Shown piece by piece: positions 61,377-64,000 of a stretch of DNA of 64,000 bases. A program made the translations under genes and the position numbers. The DNA lies in contig OZ218950.1 in the NCBI GenBank assembly GCA_965112735.1, forward strand, positions 3,038,001 through 3,102,000. The letters are read 5' to 3'. Position 1 is the first letter of the stretch, and the number at the start of each line of letters is the position of its first letter. The stretch is from Phaeosaccion multiseriatum (taxonomy: Eukaryota; Protista; Ochrophyta, other classes). Under the pieces are notes generated by a model, which was not told where the DNA came from, ran no database searches, and saw only the letters and a program-made list of their open reading frames with translations.

Positions 61377-62176
61377 GTCGATGCACAAGGAAAAGAAGAG
61401 ATTGCATTACTTTTATTACGTAAGAACAATGTGGTAGTTTTGATTTTTATATATATAAAATGGTGTTTGTTTAGGGTGGCAAACCAGGCCTAATCATGCC
61501 ACTTCCTGCATGTACCAAGAAACAGCTGTGACTTACCACCTCTGCCTTCTGCCTATCCTGATACTCCTCAGCGCAGCGGCTACCTCCCACACTCCTCCAG
61601 ACGGACAGTGCTTGCGCTGCACATGATCACACTGCAAGAGGAGTGAGAAGGGTCCATCGTCTCCAGCCGAACGGTTAAGAGAGAATAGGCTCGATCGTAA
61701 CCGTACTCCGACTTGTTCGTTTCTCTCATTGCGTGCGCCGTCTCCCTCTCTCTCCCTCTCTCTGGGCATACATGTCAGAGCAGTCGAGTGTTGACGCGTC
61801 GGCCCGATGACTTGGGTCCTGAGAGCGGAGGGGGGGGGGGGGCGGACGCTCCACACTCTGTGTTCCGCTCACTCTCCAGGGGCGAGGGGAGGGGCATCCA
61901 TCGTCCGTAGTTGTGCTATGTGGGGCTTTGCGGGCACGCCACACAGCTCTGCATCGCTTCACCGTAAACACCACGGTTCTCCTGCTGCGGGGCGGGTCGT
62001 CGAGAGATAACAGGGCCTGCCAAACGCCACACTTTCACCCGCTTTCGATGTGTCGAACACCAACAAACAGTGCTGCCTCTCCTCCTCTGCTAAGTCCAGC
62101 CGCCACTGGGTGTGCCCCTTTTCGAAGGAAGCCCTTCGAGAATAAGGGCCGGTGCTTCAGTGCCCCCCCCCCCCGC

Positions 62177-62215
<39 letters not shown>

Positions 62216-62244
62216 ATCAAGGCTCTTGTCCCTCCGTCCCTCGC

Positions 62245-63764
62245 TCAGTTGAGGCCCGCGTCGTGCAAGCACTTGGTAACAATCGCAAAGTCTGCCTCCC
62301 CAAACCCTTTCAGCATGGCCGTGTCAAACACCCTCCCCGCAGCGGGCAGGAGGGGAAGCTTCAACCCTACGCTCTCCACTGTTGCTCGAATGAGCTCCAG
62401 ATCCTTCTTGAGGTTTCTGATGGGGGCGAGTGACTTCTCCAGCGCCTGTGAGGGCAAGGAAAGCAGCGTGTATTCGTTGGGTAGGGGGGGGTCGGCCAAA
62501 CTCACGTGTACCTTCATTTTTGGGGTAAAGGAGATGGGGCGAAGAACAGACGAAGCTTGCGGAAGATGGCACTTGGCTCACACCCCCCTCCCCCCACCTC
62601 AATGAGATGGGAAGCTGGCAAATACTGGGGAGTGGGCCATCAAGACAGGCAGGGACACGCTTTCGCTAGACTGGTACCACCCTATCTGATTCCTCTTCCT
62701 TGCTTCTTTCCTTTCCTCCCGTACGTACCTCATTGCCCTCTTCTTCTGCCCGAATGAGATCCTCGAGGTTCTTGGAGAGCATCGTGGAGTGGCCCCAAGA
62801 CACGCTGAGGAGGTCCAGCAGCTTCCGCGTGTCGCTCACCCCGAGCGAGCGCGCCAAGGTATAGGCCTCGCACGCCGCCACAGTCTGCACAATCACTAGC
62901 ATCTGGTTCACGAGCTTTGCAGCACAGCCAGCCCTAGCGCAGGAGCAGTAGCAGCAGTAGGAGTAGGAGTAGAGGCAGTAGGAACGGAGGTGAAAGGGGT
63001 GCGTCTACTTGGGGCAGCCACTGAGGCGCTGTGGAAGAAAGTGAAAGTGTTTAGCCCATGCAGGACGTCAAGAGAATTTGGTTTTCATGTCTTACGACTC
63101 TCTTTTCAAAGAGATCAGCCCCCCCCCCCCTCCCGATGAATGACTCCTCAAGCTCTTGACTCACTCACCCGGTGGGTCCCATGAGGGAAATGTGCGACCC
63201 CATCGCCTGGAAAGCAGGAAGGCACTCTTGAAAATGCTCTCTGTCTCCGCCTACCATGATGCTTAGTTGACCCGACGATGCACCACCCGGCCCGCCGGAG
63301 ACGGGCGCGTCTAGGAAAGCCACCCCATGAGGGGAGAGGCCATCGCGGAGCTCCACAGAGCTCGCTGGGCTGCAAGTCCCGAGGTCAACAATGACTTTGC
63401 TCCAAGCGGGGGAGCCAACTCCTTGGTCTTCTCCCCCTCCCCCTCCTCCTCCTCCTCCTCCTCCTCCTGCTCTTCCTCCTCTGCCCTTCAGCCCTTGCAC
63501 GAGGCCGTCCGGCCCGAATACAACCTCGCGGCTGATAGCCTCACTGGGAAGAGACAGGAAGACGATGTCGCTTGCCTCCATGAGTGCAGATGGAGAGGCA
63601 GTGAGGCTGACTTGCCCAGCAGCAGGAGGTTCAAGGGAATTGCCCTTCTTGTCGAACACGCTGAGAGGAAACCCCTTCTGCGCAAGTTGCCGCACCATGC
63701 CACTTCCCATAGCCCCCAATCCCACAAAGCCCAATCGGCCCCCCAGCTTTCCTAAGCTCCCCAT
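62245..63764 (-). CDS. 3-hydroxyisobutyrate dehydrogenase / beta-hydroxyacid dehydrogenase family protein
   Basis: GFVGLGAMGSGM (Rossmann), FLDAPVSGGP, LSIMVGG, catalytic AAKLVNQML, KDLELI. A short upstream exon (ATG near 63867, GTGAGT donor) may extend the N-terminus. Confidence 0.92.
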
Positions 63765-64000
63765 CGGAAGAAGAGGAGGGAGAAGGGCCGGGAATGAAAA
63801 TCTCTTGACTTACGAGCGACCACCAAAGCAAAGCAGTTGGTTCTCTGACTCACAGATTTGGCGATTCTTCATTCGAGAAATATCAAATATGGCCCCGAGC
63901 AGGGCTCTTGCTGCGGCACTTGCAGCAACGGGAGCGCTACTGGTTGTTACCTGGAAAAGGGCGAAGCAAGCGAGACTGCAAGCATCCAGGAGGATTTTGA

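Noticed and set aside
1-64000. tRNA/rRNA genes, autonomous transposons, viral or prokaryotic operon-like systems
   Set aside because: No recognisable RNA-gene signatures, transposase or RT motifs, or intronless operon blocks seen by eye; tRNAscan/Infernal were not run.

Overview
Eukaryotic, intron-rich, gene-dense genomic DNA of moderately high GC. It is most likely from a photosynthetic stramenopile (ochrophyte alga), inferred from signal-peptide + Phe plastid-type presequences and RRL-type propeptides. Introns are packed with microsatellites, and most long ORFs in the track are repeat artefacts. I assembled 14 intact-looking genes by hand from GT-AG junctions: a 2Fe-2S ferredoxin, a MAPKK-like kinase, COQ4, a Rubisco-LSMT-type SET protein, a WW + Frag1/DRAM/Sfk1 membrane protein, an EDR2-C (DUF1336) protein, a BMT2-like rRNA methyltransferase, an orphan 7-TM protein, a four-domain voltage-gated cation channel (E-E-D-E filter), fimbrin/plastin, an RRP3/DDX47 helicase, a giant secreted JmjC-fusion protein and a 3-hydroxyisobutyrate-dehydrogenase-family enzyme, plus an At4g14100-like pseudogene. 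The most striking item is the ~27-exon, ~2100-aa gene at 49130-61376. It encodes a signal peptide, an intact cupin_4/JmjC Fe-2OG oxygenase and basic processing sites, then a 32-cysteine segment with mirror-symmetric Cys spacing, knottin-like and PKD-like modules and a GDP-type VWD/root-cap-like tail. This is a candidate self-modifying secreted polyprotein. Second, three related MITE-like elements share TC...GA termini; one (possibly two) interrupts the pseudogene's coding sequence. All family assignments come from motif recognition, not database searches.
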